58,339 nt of DNA from an uncultured Eubacteriales bacterium (GTDB lineage: Bacteria; Bacillota; Clostridia; TANB77; CAG-508): assembly GCA_949288095.1 (NCBI GenBank), contig CASEIX010000024.1:1-58339 (forward strand), given 5' to 3'. The translations under genes were made by a program, and so were the position numbers. Below the pieces are notes generated by a model. That model saw only the letters and a program-made list of their open reading frames with translations, searched no databases and was not told the DNA's origin. The first letter of the stretch is position 1, and the number at the start of each line of letters is the position of its first letter. Of this stretch, positions 1 through 10,076 are shown piece by piece.

Positions 1-1
1 A

Positions 2-574
2 GAAGATACAACAATAGGAACGACATACAAAGAATATGGAATAAAAAACATAGTAATAAATGGAGACGGAGCAGATTGGACAGGAAATATAGTAGAAGGA
101 GCAAAAGAGATATTTCAATTAGATATGGCACATATACAGAAAAAAATATATATGGCAATAAGTGATGAAGAATACTTAAAAAAGATGCAAGAAATAGTAT
201 ATACAGAGCAAGCCAAAGATATATTTAGCTTAATATATAACTACAAAGTAGAATTAGAAGCAGATAAAAAGAATGATGAATTAGAAAAAGTAAAGGAATT
301 AGAAGAATATTTAAGAAACAATGAAAAAGGACTGTTGAGATATCAATATAGGTTAGGATACAAAGAGGAAGAAATAGAAAAATATAAAGAAGAATTACCA
401 TCACTAGGGTCAGAAGAAAGCCATATGTATTGTGTATGTAGAGATAGAATGAAGAAAAATAGAACAAGTTGGTCAGTCGTAGGAGCAGAAGCGCTATTAA
501 AGGTAATAATGAACAAAATGAATGGAACAATGGAGTTCAAAATAAAACAGAATTTATACAAGGAAATGTTTTAG
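2..574 (+). CDS. ISLre2/UPF0236-family transposase, C-terminal part (5' end outside window)
   Basis: Frame 2 is open from the window edge (EDTTIGTTYKEYGIKNIVINGDGADW...QLDMAHIQKK...RMKKNRTSWSVVGAEALLKVIM). The GDGA-W, LD-x-H and RMK..SWS..GAE blocks match the pattern I associate with ISLre2-type transposases. Confidence 0.55.
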   Translation, partial: EDTTIGTTYKEYGIKNIVINGDGADWTGNIVEGAKEIFQLDMAHIQKKIYMAISDEEYLKKMQEIVYTEQAKDIFSLIYNYKVELEADKKNDELEKVKELEEYLRNNEKGLLRYQYRLGYKEEEIEKYKEELPSLGSEESHMYCVCRDRMKKNRTSWSVVGAEALLKVIMNKMNGTMEFKIKQNLYKEMF

Positions 575-1151
575 ATGAAAACCTTTTACAAAATATACAA
601 GCAGAAGTTGCAATATTAGACCCAGATTGGAGTGCGGGAAGTAACAAAAAAGAGCATGTGATGAATTTAGAAATGACACAACCAAGTATAAAGGAAATGT
701 TTTATAAAGCAAAAGAGAATATAACACATAATTTGGTATTAAGAATACCGAATACATTTACATTTGAGATATTAAATGTTTTAGGAAAATGTGAGATTGA
801 AAACATTATCTGGGATAATAGAATTAGATTTAAATATGCCTTTTTTGCAGATGACATTCTTGAAAATAGAGAAACAAATTCTTATTTTATAATATAAATA
901 AAAAAGTTTAAAACAGAAAAATAAAGAATAAAAGGTATTTCTGCAATCCAATATTGCAATTTTTATTACAATATTGTTAAAATAAGATTAGCAAAGGAAT
1001 TTATATAAAAAATAAAGGAGTGTAATACCTATTATCAAAGTTGGTTTATGGTATTGGGAGAATTGACTTTACTATTAGTTGGAATATATGCAGTATTTAA
1101 AAATGATATTTATATAAAAAATAAGAAATTATTCGTAAAGGAAGGTTAAGT

Positions 1152-1688
1152 ATGAAACTTTATGTTATTAGACATGGAGAAACAGACTGTAATAAAGAGA
1201 ATAAATATAATTGTAGATATGATGAAGATATTAATGAAATAGGGATAGAACAAGCTAAGAAAGCGAGTGAAAAAGTAAAAACATTAGATATAGACGTAAT
1301 CATTTGTTCTCCAATGAAAAGAACAAAACATACTATGGAACTAATAAATGTAAATCATGTTCCAGTAATATATGATGAAAGACTAATGGAAAGAGAAGGG
1401 GGAAAACTCACATTAACTTCTCTTGATGATTATCCTTGTGAAGAATATTATAATTATTATTCTACAAAATATGTCGAAGGATTAGAAACATTACCAGAAT
1501 TATTTAAAAGAGCACATTCATTCTTAGATGAAATAAAAGAAATATATAAAGATAAAAATATATTATTAGTAACACATGGAGCTGTTGCAATTGCAATGCA
1601 GTTTTACTTTCAAAAAATACCAAAAGATGGAATGTTATTAAAAGCAGGTGGACAAAAAAATTGTGAAATTAAGATGTATGAAATGTAA
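1152..1688 (+). CDS. histidine phosphatase (phosphoglycerate mutase-like) family protein
   Basis: N-terminal catalytic RHGETDxN motif (MKLYVIRHGETDCNKE) and a late THG block. SD AAGGAAGG lies just upstream. Confidence 0.8.
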   Translation: MKLYVIRHGETDCNKENKYNCRYDEDINEIGIEQAKKASEKVKTLDIDVIICSPMKRTKHTMELINVNHVPVIYDERLMEREGGKLTLTSLDDYPCEEYYNYYSTKYVEGLETLPELFKRAHSFLDEIKEIYKDKNILLVTHGAVAIAMQFYFQKIPKDGMLLKAGGQKNCEIKMYEM

Positions 1689-1770
1689 AAATTAAAATTG
1701 GCTAGCATTTTATGTAAAGAAGTGGTATAATAAGTGTGTAAATGTAAAAAATTCCAAAAGGAGGAGTAGA

Positions 1771-2040
1771 ATGAAACGGAAAATAATATGTTTTTTGTTA
1801 ATAATGATAGTGGTTGGTGCTGGCTGCTTTGCTTGCTCGAAAGAGGATGAAGAGCCAGAAACAATAGAAACCGTGTATGAACGAAATATCACGGTTTCTG
1901 AAGACGGAACATATTTCTTGTTCTATACAAACTTAGAACAAGAGTATGTAGACTTTTTAGAGATGATGGACCAAGAAAAAAACGAAAAGTATTGTATAAT
2001 GAATCAAAATGAATATAAATTAGGGAGAAAAATAGTATGA
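1771..2040 (+). CDS. small putative lipoprotein
   Basis: Signal peptide with a lipobox-like VGAGC followed by an acidic mature part. SD AAAGGAGG is upstream. The stop overlaps the next start (ATGA). Confidence 0.5.
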   Translation: MKRKIICFLLIMIVVGAGCFACSKEDEEPETIETVYERNITVSEDGTYFLFYTNLEQEYVDFLEMMDQEKNEKYCIMNQNEYKLGRKIV

Positions 2041-2528
2041 ATGATACCATAATATATGAAACAGAAACATTTATGGCTTGTGTACCAAAAGTACCACATA
2101 TTCCAAGGGAAGATGGAGGACATATTTGGATAAGAGCAAGGGAAAAATATTTTGCCAGTAGATTGGATTTGAGTCCAAAAGAAGCAATTGAAGTGATGAG
2201 ATTAACCATGCTAGTTAGTGAGGCAATGATAATAGGGATGAAAAATAGAGGAATTCATATAGAAAGAATCAATTATCAAGAAAATGGAAATTGGGCATAT
2301 GTAGAAGGAACAAAACCAGTGTTTCATATACATTTGTATGGAAGAACTAGAGATTCCAAAACACAACCATTTGGACAAGCTTTAGTATTTCCATATAAAG
2401 ATACAGGATTTTATGATACATTTAAACCATTCAATGATAAAGATATACAAGAAATACAAAAGCAGATTCAAATATTGGAAAAAAGCGAAAAATATAATAT
2501 AATAAATTGGAGTTTAGATAAAGTGTAA
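2037..2528 (+). CDS. HIT-like fold protein (degenerate histidine triad), function unknown
   Basis: VFHIHLYGR resembles an HxHxH triad but the third His is Tyr. The gene is translationally coupled to the upstream ORF. Confidence 0.35.
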   Translation: MNDTIIYETETFMACVPKVPHIPREDGGHIWIRAREKYFASRLDLSPKEAIEVMRLTMLVSEAMIIGMKNRGIHIERINYQENGNWAYVEGTKPVFHIHLYGRTRDSKTQPFGQALVFPYKDTGFYDTFKPFNDKDIQEIQKQIQILEKSEKYNIINWSLDKV

Positions 2529-2539
2529 GGAGGAGAGAA

Positions 2540-3382
2540 ATGCAAGAATTTAATTATCATTCACACACATATAGATGTGGACACGCAGATTTAGATTTGA
2601 CAGATGAAGAATATGTAGAAGCATACATCAAAATGGGATTTAAAAGAATGGCTTTTACAGACCATTGTCCAGAAAAAAATAAAATAGATAAAAGAAAACA
2701 TATGCGTATGGAATATAATCAAAGAAAAGAATATTTAGAAAATATACAATCATTAAAAGAAAAATATGCTGGACAAATTGAAATCCAAAGTGGGTATGAA
2801 GTGGAATATTTACCAGGAGAAGAAGAAAACTTAAAAGAATTAAAAGCTGAAACAGATAAATTGATTTTAGGACAACATTTTGTTTATGATGATAATAAAA
2901 ATCTAAAAATACATGGAAAAGATGATTTTTCAGATAAAGAATTATTAAGATATGCAGAATATATAGAACAAGCAATGAAATGTGAAATTCCAGATATCAT
3001 TGCACATCCGGATTTATATATGTTAAAGAGAAAAGAATTTGGAGAAATTGAAACAAAAGTTGCACACCTTATTTGTCAAGCTGCTGAAAAATATGACGTA
3101 CCTTTAGAGATTAATTTAAACAACATATTTGCAGAAACATACTATGAAAATGAGAAATTAAATCATAAACCAATAGAGGAACAAAGAAAAAAATTAGAGA
3201 AAGTAGCATATCCATGCAAAGAATTCTGGAAGATTGCATCAGAATATAATATACATGTAATATATGGTATAGATGCTCACCATAGAGGACAAATTGAATT
3301 GTTTAATGAATTTGTGGAATTAGCAAATGAAATCATAGGAAAAGACATTATTGAAAAATTAGATTTTATAGATTTAAGGTAA
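2540..3382 (+). CDS. PHP-domain phosphoesterase (HisJ-type histidinol-phosphatase family)
   Basis: N-terminal YHSHTYRCGHA metal-binding motif, FTDHCP, AHPDL and DAHH blocks typical of PHP/HisJ phosphatases. SD GGAGGAG is upstream. Confidence 0.7.
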   Translation: MQEFNYHSHTYRCGHADLDLTDEEYVEAYIKMGFKRMAFTDHCPEKNKIDKRKHMRMEYNQRKEYLENIQSLKEKYAGQIEIQSGYEVEYLPGEEENLKELKAETDKLILGQHFVYDDNKNLKIHGKDDFSDKELLRYAEYIEQAMKCEIPDIIAHPDLYMLKRKEFGEIETKVAHLICQAAEKYDVPLEINLNNIFAETYYENEKLNHKPIEEQRKKLEKVAYPCKEFWKIASEYNIHVIYGIDAHHRGQIELFNEFVELANEIIGKDIIEKLDFIDLR

Positions 3383-3502
3383 ATGTAATGATCTTGAAAA
3401 TGGGATAATGAATATACAAAATCTATAGAAAAAGACGAAGAATGGTATAGATAGCATAAGAAAAAGAATTTGTAAAATAATAATAAAAAATGGTGATATA
3501 TT

Positions 3503-4171
3503 ATGAATACATGTCATATTAAATATTGTGGAAAAGATGAAAATGGGATAGATAGATATTGGTGCCTAACCCATAAAGATGTTGCATCAGATAAAGATGG
3601 ACATCCATTAAAAGAATGTCTATGTAACTATAAAAAAATATATGATAACAAATTAAAAATAGAGCCTAGAAATATAGAAAGTATAAAAGTAATATATAAA
3701 AATGCTTTAGAAGAAATAAAACCAATTATTTATTTAAATAAAAATGAAGAAAATCATGCTTTACAAATAAAGGATAGTATATTAGATTTTAAAGATATTG
3801 GTGGGCTTATGATTTCAAAATTAAATAGTATCAAATTAATACCATCTTTTTGTTCTTATTGTGGAAAGCCACATACAGATGATGGTGTATTTGCATACAT
3901 ACCACATGCAAAACACTTGTGCCAATATTGTGGTTATTTTTATAATGTAGAGAAAGCCAATATTGGAAACGAATTTGCTTTGTTTTTTGATGTTCCAGAT
4001 ATAAACTTAGAAGAAGGAATAGTAGAAATAGAAGATACATTATCCTTAGAGTATGATGCTTTAAAAGGAACGCTACTTACAAATGGGAAGAATGTAAATA
4101 AAGTGAAAGTGAAAGGAAAAATCATATATCTTAAAGCGTATTTGAATGAATTGTTTAAAGATGAATATTAG
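3503..4171 (+). CDS. hypothetical Cys-rich protein (possible zinc ribbons)
   Basis: Long ORF with CxxC-like pairs (CSYCGKPH, CQYCGYF). No recognisable family. Confidence 0.5.
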   Translation: MNTCHIKYCGKDENGIDRYWCLTHKDVASDKDGHPLKECLCNYKKIYDNKLKIEPRNIESIKVIYKNALEEIKPIIYLNKNEENHALQIKDSILDFKDIGGLMISKLNSIKLIPSFCSYCGKPHTDDGVFAYIPHAKHLCQYCGYFYNVEKANIGNEFALFFDVPDINLEEGIVEIEDTLSLEYDALKGTLLTNGKNVNKVKVKGKIIYLKAYLNELFKDEY

Positions 4172-4601
4172 AAGTAAAAGATGATACAATAAAATATTCT
4201 AATAAATAATTTATAATTGGTATTGGTGGGGATTTTGGATACAAAAAAGTATCTAAAAATGTTGACAATATCATATTTTTGAATGATAATACATCTAGAA
4301 ATAAACAAAGTAACAAAGAATAAAAATATGAAAATATAAAAAATAAAATTATCATAAAATTAGGTGATCATAGCCAAGATATGTTTTTATAATCTGAATT
4401 TTGATGAGAGTAGCTGATACTCTCATTTATGCTAATTTGTAAAAAACACTACACAAAATAAGAAAAGTGTGATAAAATACTTGTGGTGTTGTTTGAGAAA
4501 AGGAAAAAATAAACAACAAAATAATTTATTCACTGAATAGTTTAATAATAAATAGCCAAAAAGTGGTTTAAATACTATAAAATTAAAAAGGAGGAATTAA
4601 A

Positions 4602-5321
4602 ATGTCAGGACATAGTAAATGGCACAACATACAAGCCAAAAAAGGAAAAGCAGATGCAGCAAGAGGAAAAATATTTACAAAATTAGGAAGAGAATTACTA
4701 ATTGCTGTAAAAGAAGGTGGACCAGATCCTGCAGGAAATTCAAAATTAAAAAATGTTATTGCAAAATGTAAGGCAGCAAATATGCCAAATGATACAATCA
4801 ATAATGCAATTAGAAAAGCATCAACAAGCAATGAAAATTATGAAGAAATTACATATGAAGGATATGGACCAAATGGAGTAGCCGTTATTGTTGAAGCATC
4901 AACAGATAATAAAAATAGAACAGCAGCAGATGTTAGACATGTATTTGATAAAGCAGGAGGAAACTTAGGAACAACAGGTTGTGTATCATATATGTTTAAT
5001 AAAAAAGGTGTTATTGTTATTGAAAAAGAATCAACATCTATGAGTGAAGATGATTTAATGATGTTAGCATTAGAAGCTGGAGCAGAAGATTTTTCATCAG
5101 AAGAGGAAGTATATGAAATTACAACAGATCCAGCAGATTTTACAGCTGTTCGTGAAAAATTAGAAGAAGCAGGATTAGAATTCTTACAAGCAGAAGTTCA
5201 AATGGTACCAACAACCACTGTAAAACTAGATGAAAAAGGAACAGAAAAAATGGAAAGATTAATTGAAAACCTAGAAGATTTGGATGATGTTTCAAATATT
5301 TATCATAACTGGGAAGAATAA
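4602..5321 (+). CDS. yebC: YebC/PmpR-family DNA-binding transcriptional regulator
   Basis: Hallmark N-terminus [40 protein letters not shown] is upstream. Confidence 0.95.
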   Translation: MSGHSKWHNIQAKKGKADAARGKIFTKLGRELLIAVKEGGPDPAGNSKLKNVIAKCKAANMPNDTINNAIRKASTSNENYEEITYEGYGPNGVAVIVEASTDNKNRTAADVRHVFDKAGGNLGTTGCVSYMFNKKGVIVIEKESTSMSEDDLMMLALEAGAEDFSSEEEVYEITTDPADFTAVREKLEEAGLEFLQAEVQMVPTTTVKLDEKGTEKMERLIENLEDLDDVSNIYHNWEE

Positions 5322-5420
5322 AGGTAAATAGATAAATGACAGTAGGAATACAGTTATTTATCTATTTATATTATAGAAATATCATATTTAAAATAGAGTA
5401 TATTACTTGAGGAGGTATTT

Positions 5421-7394
5421 ATGGGACAAAAGAAAAGTAAAAGCTTGTTAATAACAGTTATTGTTTTATTAATTATTATTCTACTTTTAGTAGGTGTTAT
5501 AGCATATTTATATTTTTTCACAGATATGTTTAAAAGTAATAAACAGTTATTCTTCAAATATACTTCACAGATTGTACAAAGTGAAAATGGATTTATAGAT
5601 AATCAGTTAATGCAATATTTCCAAAAAAAGAATAGTACAAGTTATGAAAATAATGGAGAAATAACATTTGATGTATCTATTCCCAATATGGAAGATGACT
5701 TAGAATTGGCGAATAATCTTAATATTACTTTCTCAGGAAAAGAAGATCCGAATAACTCAAAATCAGAAAAAGAAATTAGTTTGAACTATTCAGATAGTGT
5801 CAATTTTCCATTAACATATAGAAAAACCAATAATATAACAGGAATTCAAACACAATATATTGGAAGCAGTTTTGTAGCTGTTAGAAATGATGAAGAAATT
5901 TCAGGATTAGAAGATATCAATAATTTATTAAAATTACAAAATATAGAGTTTTCTAATGAAGAAATACAAAGTTTGAAAACAAGCTATTTTGATAATATAT
6001 TAAATACATTAGATGATAGTAAATTCTCTACACTAACAGAAGGAAATTTAACAGGATATAGATTAACATTAACAAGCGAAGAATTTAAAAATACATTGGT
6101 TCAAATCTTAAATGCTTTAAAAACAGATACCAATACAACACATAAATTAAATGAAATATTACAAGGTATAGGAATTGATACACAATTAAATGAAGATTCT
6201 ATAGATGATGTTATAGAAAGTATTAATGATTGGAAATTAAATGATAATGTTGAAATGACTGTATATGCTACAGGAGGAAATCTTACTAGAGTAGATGTAG
6301 AAAGTACAGGAACTACATTAGAAATGAATAAAGAAGGAAATGGACAAGATATCACATACACAATAACATTAAATTCTACAGAACAAGATATAAATGCTGT
6401 ATTTACAGCAAAATATGCTGGTTTAGCTTCTGATAGTGTAACGGAAACATATGAGCTAACATTAGAAGGAAAGTATGAAGAAACTAATGTGGTAGAAAAA
6501 TCAGACAATACACAATATACATTAGATATTTCAAGTGAGAGAGAAGCAATTGAGTCATTAATAACAACTGTTCAGGCAAATAAAATTGCAGTAGGAGAAG
6601 ATAGTACACAAATCAGTGATACAGATGTAGAAGAAGAATTATCATCAGGAGAAAATGAAATCTATGCAGATATGCGTTTAGAAAGAGAAACTGATACAAC
6701 ATTTCATATTACATTTGTTAGTACGGGAGATAGATTTGTCATAGATAATACAGGAGAAATTGTTGAAGAACCAGAAGAAACAACTACAAACGAAAATTCA
6801 AACAATACTTCAAATAGTAGTTCAAACAGTACTTCCGAAACAACCATCAGCCAAAATAAATATAGTGTAACAAATAATGCACAATTTAAAGATGGAGTGG
6901 AAATAGAAGACTTAACAGAAGAAAATGCTGTTATTCTAAATGATAAAAGTAATGAATATGTTAGTAATTTAATGAATGCGATACAAGAAAGAATGGTAGA
7001 AGTTAATCAAGTACAAATGGAAGAATTAGGTGTATCTGAAGATGAGAATCCAATTCAATATCTAATACCAGCATTTTTAGGGGCAAGTCAAACAAATGCG
7101 CAAATTGATGAACAAGCTGTAAATGCATTTAATGCAAAATTTGAATTATATCAAAGTACAAACACAAAGGGCGCAACAGTCAAAGGATTATTAACAACCA
7201 TTCAAAATAATAATGAAACAGAAGGAAATGATAAAATAGAAGAAATCAATATGGATGGGGAAGAATATGAAGTAAATGAGCAAAATATTACCTTATTAAA
7301 AAGTAGTATTAATGTAGATGATGCATACAGAGTAGAATTTGAAAAAGATATTAATACAGGACTCATTTATAGAGCAGTTATTAATAAACGTTAG
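5421..7394 (+). CDS. membrane-anchored hypothetical protein (657 aa)
   Basis: N-terminal TM helix (LLITVIVLLIIILLLVGVIAYLYFF) and a long polar extracytoplasmic region. The last two codons and the TAG stop lie inside the repeat element starting at 7389. Confidence 0.7.
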   Translation: MGQKKSKSLLITVIVLLIIILLLVGVIAYLYFFTDMFKSNKQLFFKYTSQIVQSENGFIDNQLMQYFQKKNSTSYENNGEITFDVSIPNMEDDLELANNLNITFSGKEDPNNSKSEKEISLNYSDSVNFPLTYRKTNNITGIQTQYIGSSFVAVRNDEEISGLEDINNLLKLQNIEFSNEEIQSLKTSYFDNILNTLDDSKFSTLTEGNLTGYRLTLTSEEFKNTLVQILNALKTDTNTTHKLNEILQGIGIDTQLNEDSIDDVIESINDWKLNDNVEMTVYATGGNLTRVDVESTGTTLEMNKEGNGQDITYTITLNSTEQDINAVFTAKYAGLASDSVTETYELTLEGKYEETNVVEKSDNTQYTLDISSEREAIESLITTVQANKIAVGEDSTQISDTDVEEELSSGENEIYADMRLERETDTTFHITFVSTGDRFVIDNTGEIVEEPEETTTNENSNNTSNSSSNSTSETTISQNKYSVTNNAQFKDGVEIEDLTEENAVILNDKSNEYVSNLMNAIQERMVEVNQVQMEELGVSEDENPIQYLIPAFLGASQTNAQIDEQAVNAFNAKFELYQSTNTKGATVKGLLTTIQNNNETEGNDKIEEINMDGEEYEVNEQNITLLKSSINVDDAYRVEFEKDINTGLIYRAVINKR

Positions 7395-7733
7395 GGATGT
7401 GCCAAAGAGGACGTGCCAAAATGGCACCAAAAGGGAGAGACCTTAGCATTATTCACCAAAGGGACCTGTGGTTATATAAAGTCACTCACAATTTTGTATA
7501 AGCTAAATTTTCATAGAATTCTAAAATAAAAAAATGTATTCATGCACTCAGACCCTCTCGTAAACGAGAGTACCGTGCAATTCATACATTTTTTTATTTA
7601 AGAATTTCTACATTCAAATTTAGATACGCAAAATCGATTCGTTTTTTTATATAACCACAGGTCCCTTTGGTGAATAATGCTAAGGTCTCTCCCTTTTGGT
7701 ACCATTTTGGAACGATTTGACACGTCCCTAACG
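7389..7733. repeat. 345-bp nested fold-back element, copy A (outer REP-like ends, 38-nt perfect middle arms, 165-nt imperfect hairpin core)
   Basis: The left end CGTTAGGGATGTGCC... is mirrored by ...CACGTCCCTAACG at the right. Arms 7443..7480 and 7646..7683 are perfectly complementary. The core is centred on CTCTCG-TAAA-CGAGAG. A second copy is at 55113..55460. Confidence 0.9.
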
Positions 7734-7823
7734 TTTCAGTCATAAATTCAATATATTAGAATATATATATTATTGAGGTAGAAGTAAAACAAATTCTAAA
7801 ATTATTGAAAAAAGGAGTGAAAA

Positions 7824-8693
7824 ATGGAAAAACTTTTAGAAATTGTCAAGTTTTTTCCAATGAATTTATCCAACATTTTATATAATACAATTATTTCCAA
7901 TAATAAAATAAAAGATGAATTGCAAGAAATCAGAATTAGAATTGATAGACCGCTAATTTTGAAGCTTAGAGATAAAGAATTAATTGTAGAATATAAAATT
8001 ACACAAAATGAAATATTACAAATTGTGGAGAGGTTATGTGAAAATTCTATTTATGCATATAAAAAGCAATTGTGTGAAGGATATATTACCATAAGAGGAG
8101 GACATAGAGTAGGAATAACAGGAACAGCAGTTGTAGAAAATGGAGAAATTATCAATATTAAATATATAACTAGTTTAAATTTTAGAATTGCTAGAGAAGT
8201 TCCAAATTGTAGTAATCGCATTATCGGACAAGTTATTGACATTAAAAATCAAACAATTTTTAATACATTAATTGTTTCACCACCGGGAAAAGGAAAAACG
8301 ACGATGTTAAGAGATTTAATTAGAAATTTAAGTAATGGGGTAAATGGGATAAATTTTAAAGGAAAAACTTGTGGAGTGGTTGATGAAAGAGGAGAAATTG
8401 CAGCAATGTATAGAGGCGTTCCACAAAATGATGTTGGAATTCGAACAGATATTATTGATAATGTGTCAAAGGCAAAAGGAATCAAGATATTAATTAGAAC
8501 TATGGCACCAGAGATTATTGCTTGTGATGAAATTGGAGGAAATGAAGATATACAAGCCATTGAAGAAGCAATGTTGTCTGGTGTAAAAGGCATATTTACG
8601 ATGCATGGAAAAAGTATAGAAGATGTACATAATAATCCATATATTAAAAAATTAATTGATAAAAAAATCATTGAGAAAATTATTTTTATATAG
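7824..8693 (+). CDS. spoIIIAA: stage III sporulation protein AA (ATPase)
   Basis: Walker A SPPGKGKTT and Walker B-like IIACDEIG. It is the first gene of an eight-gene cluster with the spoIIIA order. Confidence 0.85.
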   Translation: MEKLLEIVKFFPMNLSNILYNTIISNNKIKDELQEIRIRIDRPLILKLRDKELIVEYKITQNEILQIVERLCENSIYAYKKQLCEGYITIRGGHRVGITGTAVVENGEIINIKYITSLNFRIAREVPNCSNRIIGQVIDIKNQTIFNTLIVSPPGKGKTTMLRDLIRNLSNGVNGINFKGKTCGVVDERGEIAAMYRGVPQNDVGIRTDIIDNVSKAKGIKILIRTMAPEIIACDEIGGNEDIQAIEEAMLSGVKGIFTMHGKSIEDVHNNPYIKKLIDKKIIEKIIFI

Positions 8694-8793
8694 TTATACA
8701 AATAGAGAAAATATAAAAAAGCCCGCTATTGTTCTAAAAGAAAAAATGCGTGCATATAATATAAAGAAAAATAAATTAAAATAAAAGGACAAG

Positions 8794-9312
8794 GTGTATG
8801 ATATGCAAGTGATTAAGTGTTTTATGCTGTTACTAGTATTTATTGCATCCAGTTTTATTGGAAGATATATAGCCAAAAAATATTCCTATCGATTGGAAGA
8901 ATTAGAAGAAATCAAAAATATCTTAAATGTTTTTAAATCCAAAATTAGATTTACATATGAACCCATTCCAGAAATATTTAAAGAAATGGCAAATAATGCC
9001 AAAGAAAATATAGGACAAATATTTGAACAAGCTAGAAAAAATATGCAGAATCTTAGTGCAGGAGAAGCTTGGGAAAATGCAGTACAGACAAGTGAAACAA
9101 ATCTTACTGATGAAGATAAACATGTATTATTAATGCTTTCTAAAATGTTAGGACAAACAGATGTAGAAGGACAAATTAGCCAAATAGAAATTACAGAAAA
9201 TTTTTTGGAAAAGCAAATCAAAGAAGCTCAACAAGAAAAAGATAAGAATGAAAAATTGTATCGAAAGCTTGGAACAACAATAGGACTAGCAATTGTCATT
9301 ATTTTAATTTGA
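8794..9312 (+). CDS. spoIIIAB: stage III sporulation protein AB
   Basis: About 170 aa with one N-terminal TM helix, in second position of the spoIIIA cluster. GTG start in the track; an ATG at 8803 is an alternative. Confidence 0.7.
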   Translation: MYDMQVIKCFMLLLVFIASSFIGRYIAKKYSYRLEELEEIKNILNVFKSKIRFTYEPIPEIFKEMANNAKENIGQIFEQARKNMQNLSAGEAWENAVQTSETNLTDEDKHVLLMLSKMLGQTDVEGQISQIEITENFLEKQIKEAQQEKDKNEKLYRKLGTTIGLAIVIILI

Positions 9313-9391
9313 GAAAAAGAAAAATAGAAAGGTTGAAAATAATTACAAGTATTTAATTCTTTTTCAACTAGATTAATGCCTTGGGAAAGGA

Positions 9392-9598
9392 ATGAAACAA
9401 AATATGGATATCAATTTGTTATTTAGAATAGCAGCAATTGGTATATTAGTTGCTGTTTTACATCAAGTACTGGTAAGAGCAGGAAGAGAGGACCAAGCAA
9501 TGATGACGACTTTAGCAGGATTAATTATTGTTCTCACTATGGTAATAAAAGAAATTAGCGGATTGTTTGATACAGTAAGAACTATATTTAATTTGTAA
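9392..9598 (+). CDS. spoIIIAC: stage III sporulation protein AC
   Basis: A 68-aa two-TM protein, LFRIAAIGILVAVLHQVLVRAGREDQAMMTTLAGLIIVL, typical of SpoIIIAC. Confidence 0.85.
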   Translation: MKQNMDINLLFRIAAIGILVAVLHQVLVRAGREDQAMMTTLAGLIIVLTMVIKEISGLFDTVRTIFNL

Positions 9599-9604
9599 AA
9601 GGAT

Positions 9605-9997
9605 ATGTTTATGGAGATTATTAGAATTATAGGAATTGGATTAATTGCATTGATTATCATCATATTATTAAAGCAATATAAACCAGAATTTGCCATATAT
9701 ATCAGTTTATTAACAGGAGCACTTATATTACTTCTATTAACAGATCAATTATCAGGAATTGTAAATTTAATACAATCCATTGCAGGAAAAGCCAATATCA
9801 ATAGTCAATTTTTATCTTTGCTAATTAAAATAACAGGAATTGCCTTTCTTTCAGAATTTGCCGTTAGTATATGTAGAGATTCTGGAGAGGGTGCCATAGC
9901 TAGTAAAATAGAGTTAGGAAGTAAAATCATCATCATTTCTATGTCCATACCAATTATATCTAGTTTATTAGAAATGATATTGCAAATTTTGCCTTAA
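9605..9997 (+). CDS. spoIIIAD: stage III sporulation protein AD
   Basis: A 130-aa polytopic membrane protein with N-terminus IIRIIGIGLIALIIIILLKQYKPEFA, in the expected operon position. Confidence 0.85.
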   Translation: MFMEIIRIIGIGLIALIIIILLKQYKPEFAIYISLLTGALILLLLTDQLSGIVNLIQSIAGKANINSQFLSLLIKITGIAFLSEFAVSICRDSGEGAIASKIELGSKIIIISMSIPIISSLLEMILQILP

Positions 9998-10076
9998 ATA
10001 AATTATGAATAATACACAACATAAAAATTATAAAATGAATTTTAAAAACAGTTTCTAGAATTCAAGAGGAGGCAAA

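Noticed and set aside
469-897. A 142-aa ORF overlapping the end of the ISLre2-type transposase.
   Set aside because: It is in an alternative frame overlapping the better-supported transposase frame. It has no recognisable motifs or SD. It could be IS-end sequence or a frameshifted remnant, but I cannot support a call.
1048-1149. A 33-codon hydrophobic mini-ORF (MVLGELTLLLVGIYAVFKND...) upstream of the histidine phosphatase gene.
   Set aside because: There is no SD at a usable distance, and its 3' end overlaps the SD of the downstream gene. It is most likely non-coding leader sequence.
2037-2528. Calling 2037..2528 a canonical HIT hydrolase.
   Set aside because: The putative triad reads H-I-H-L-Y and lacks the third histidine, so only a HIT-like fold is suggested and the enzymatic function is left open.
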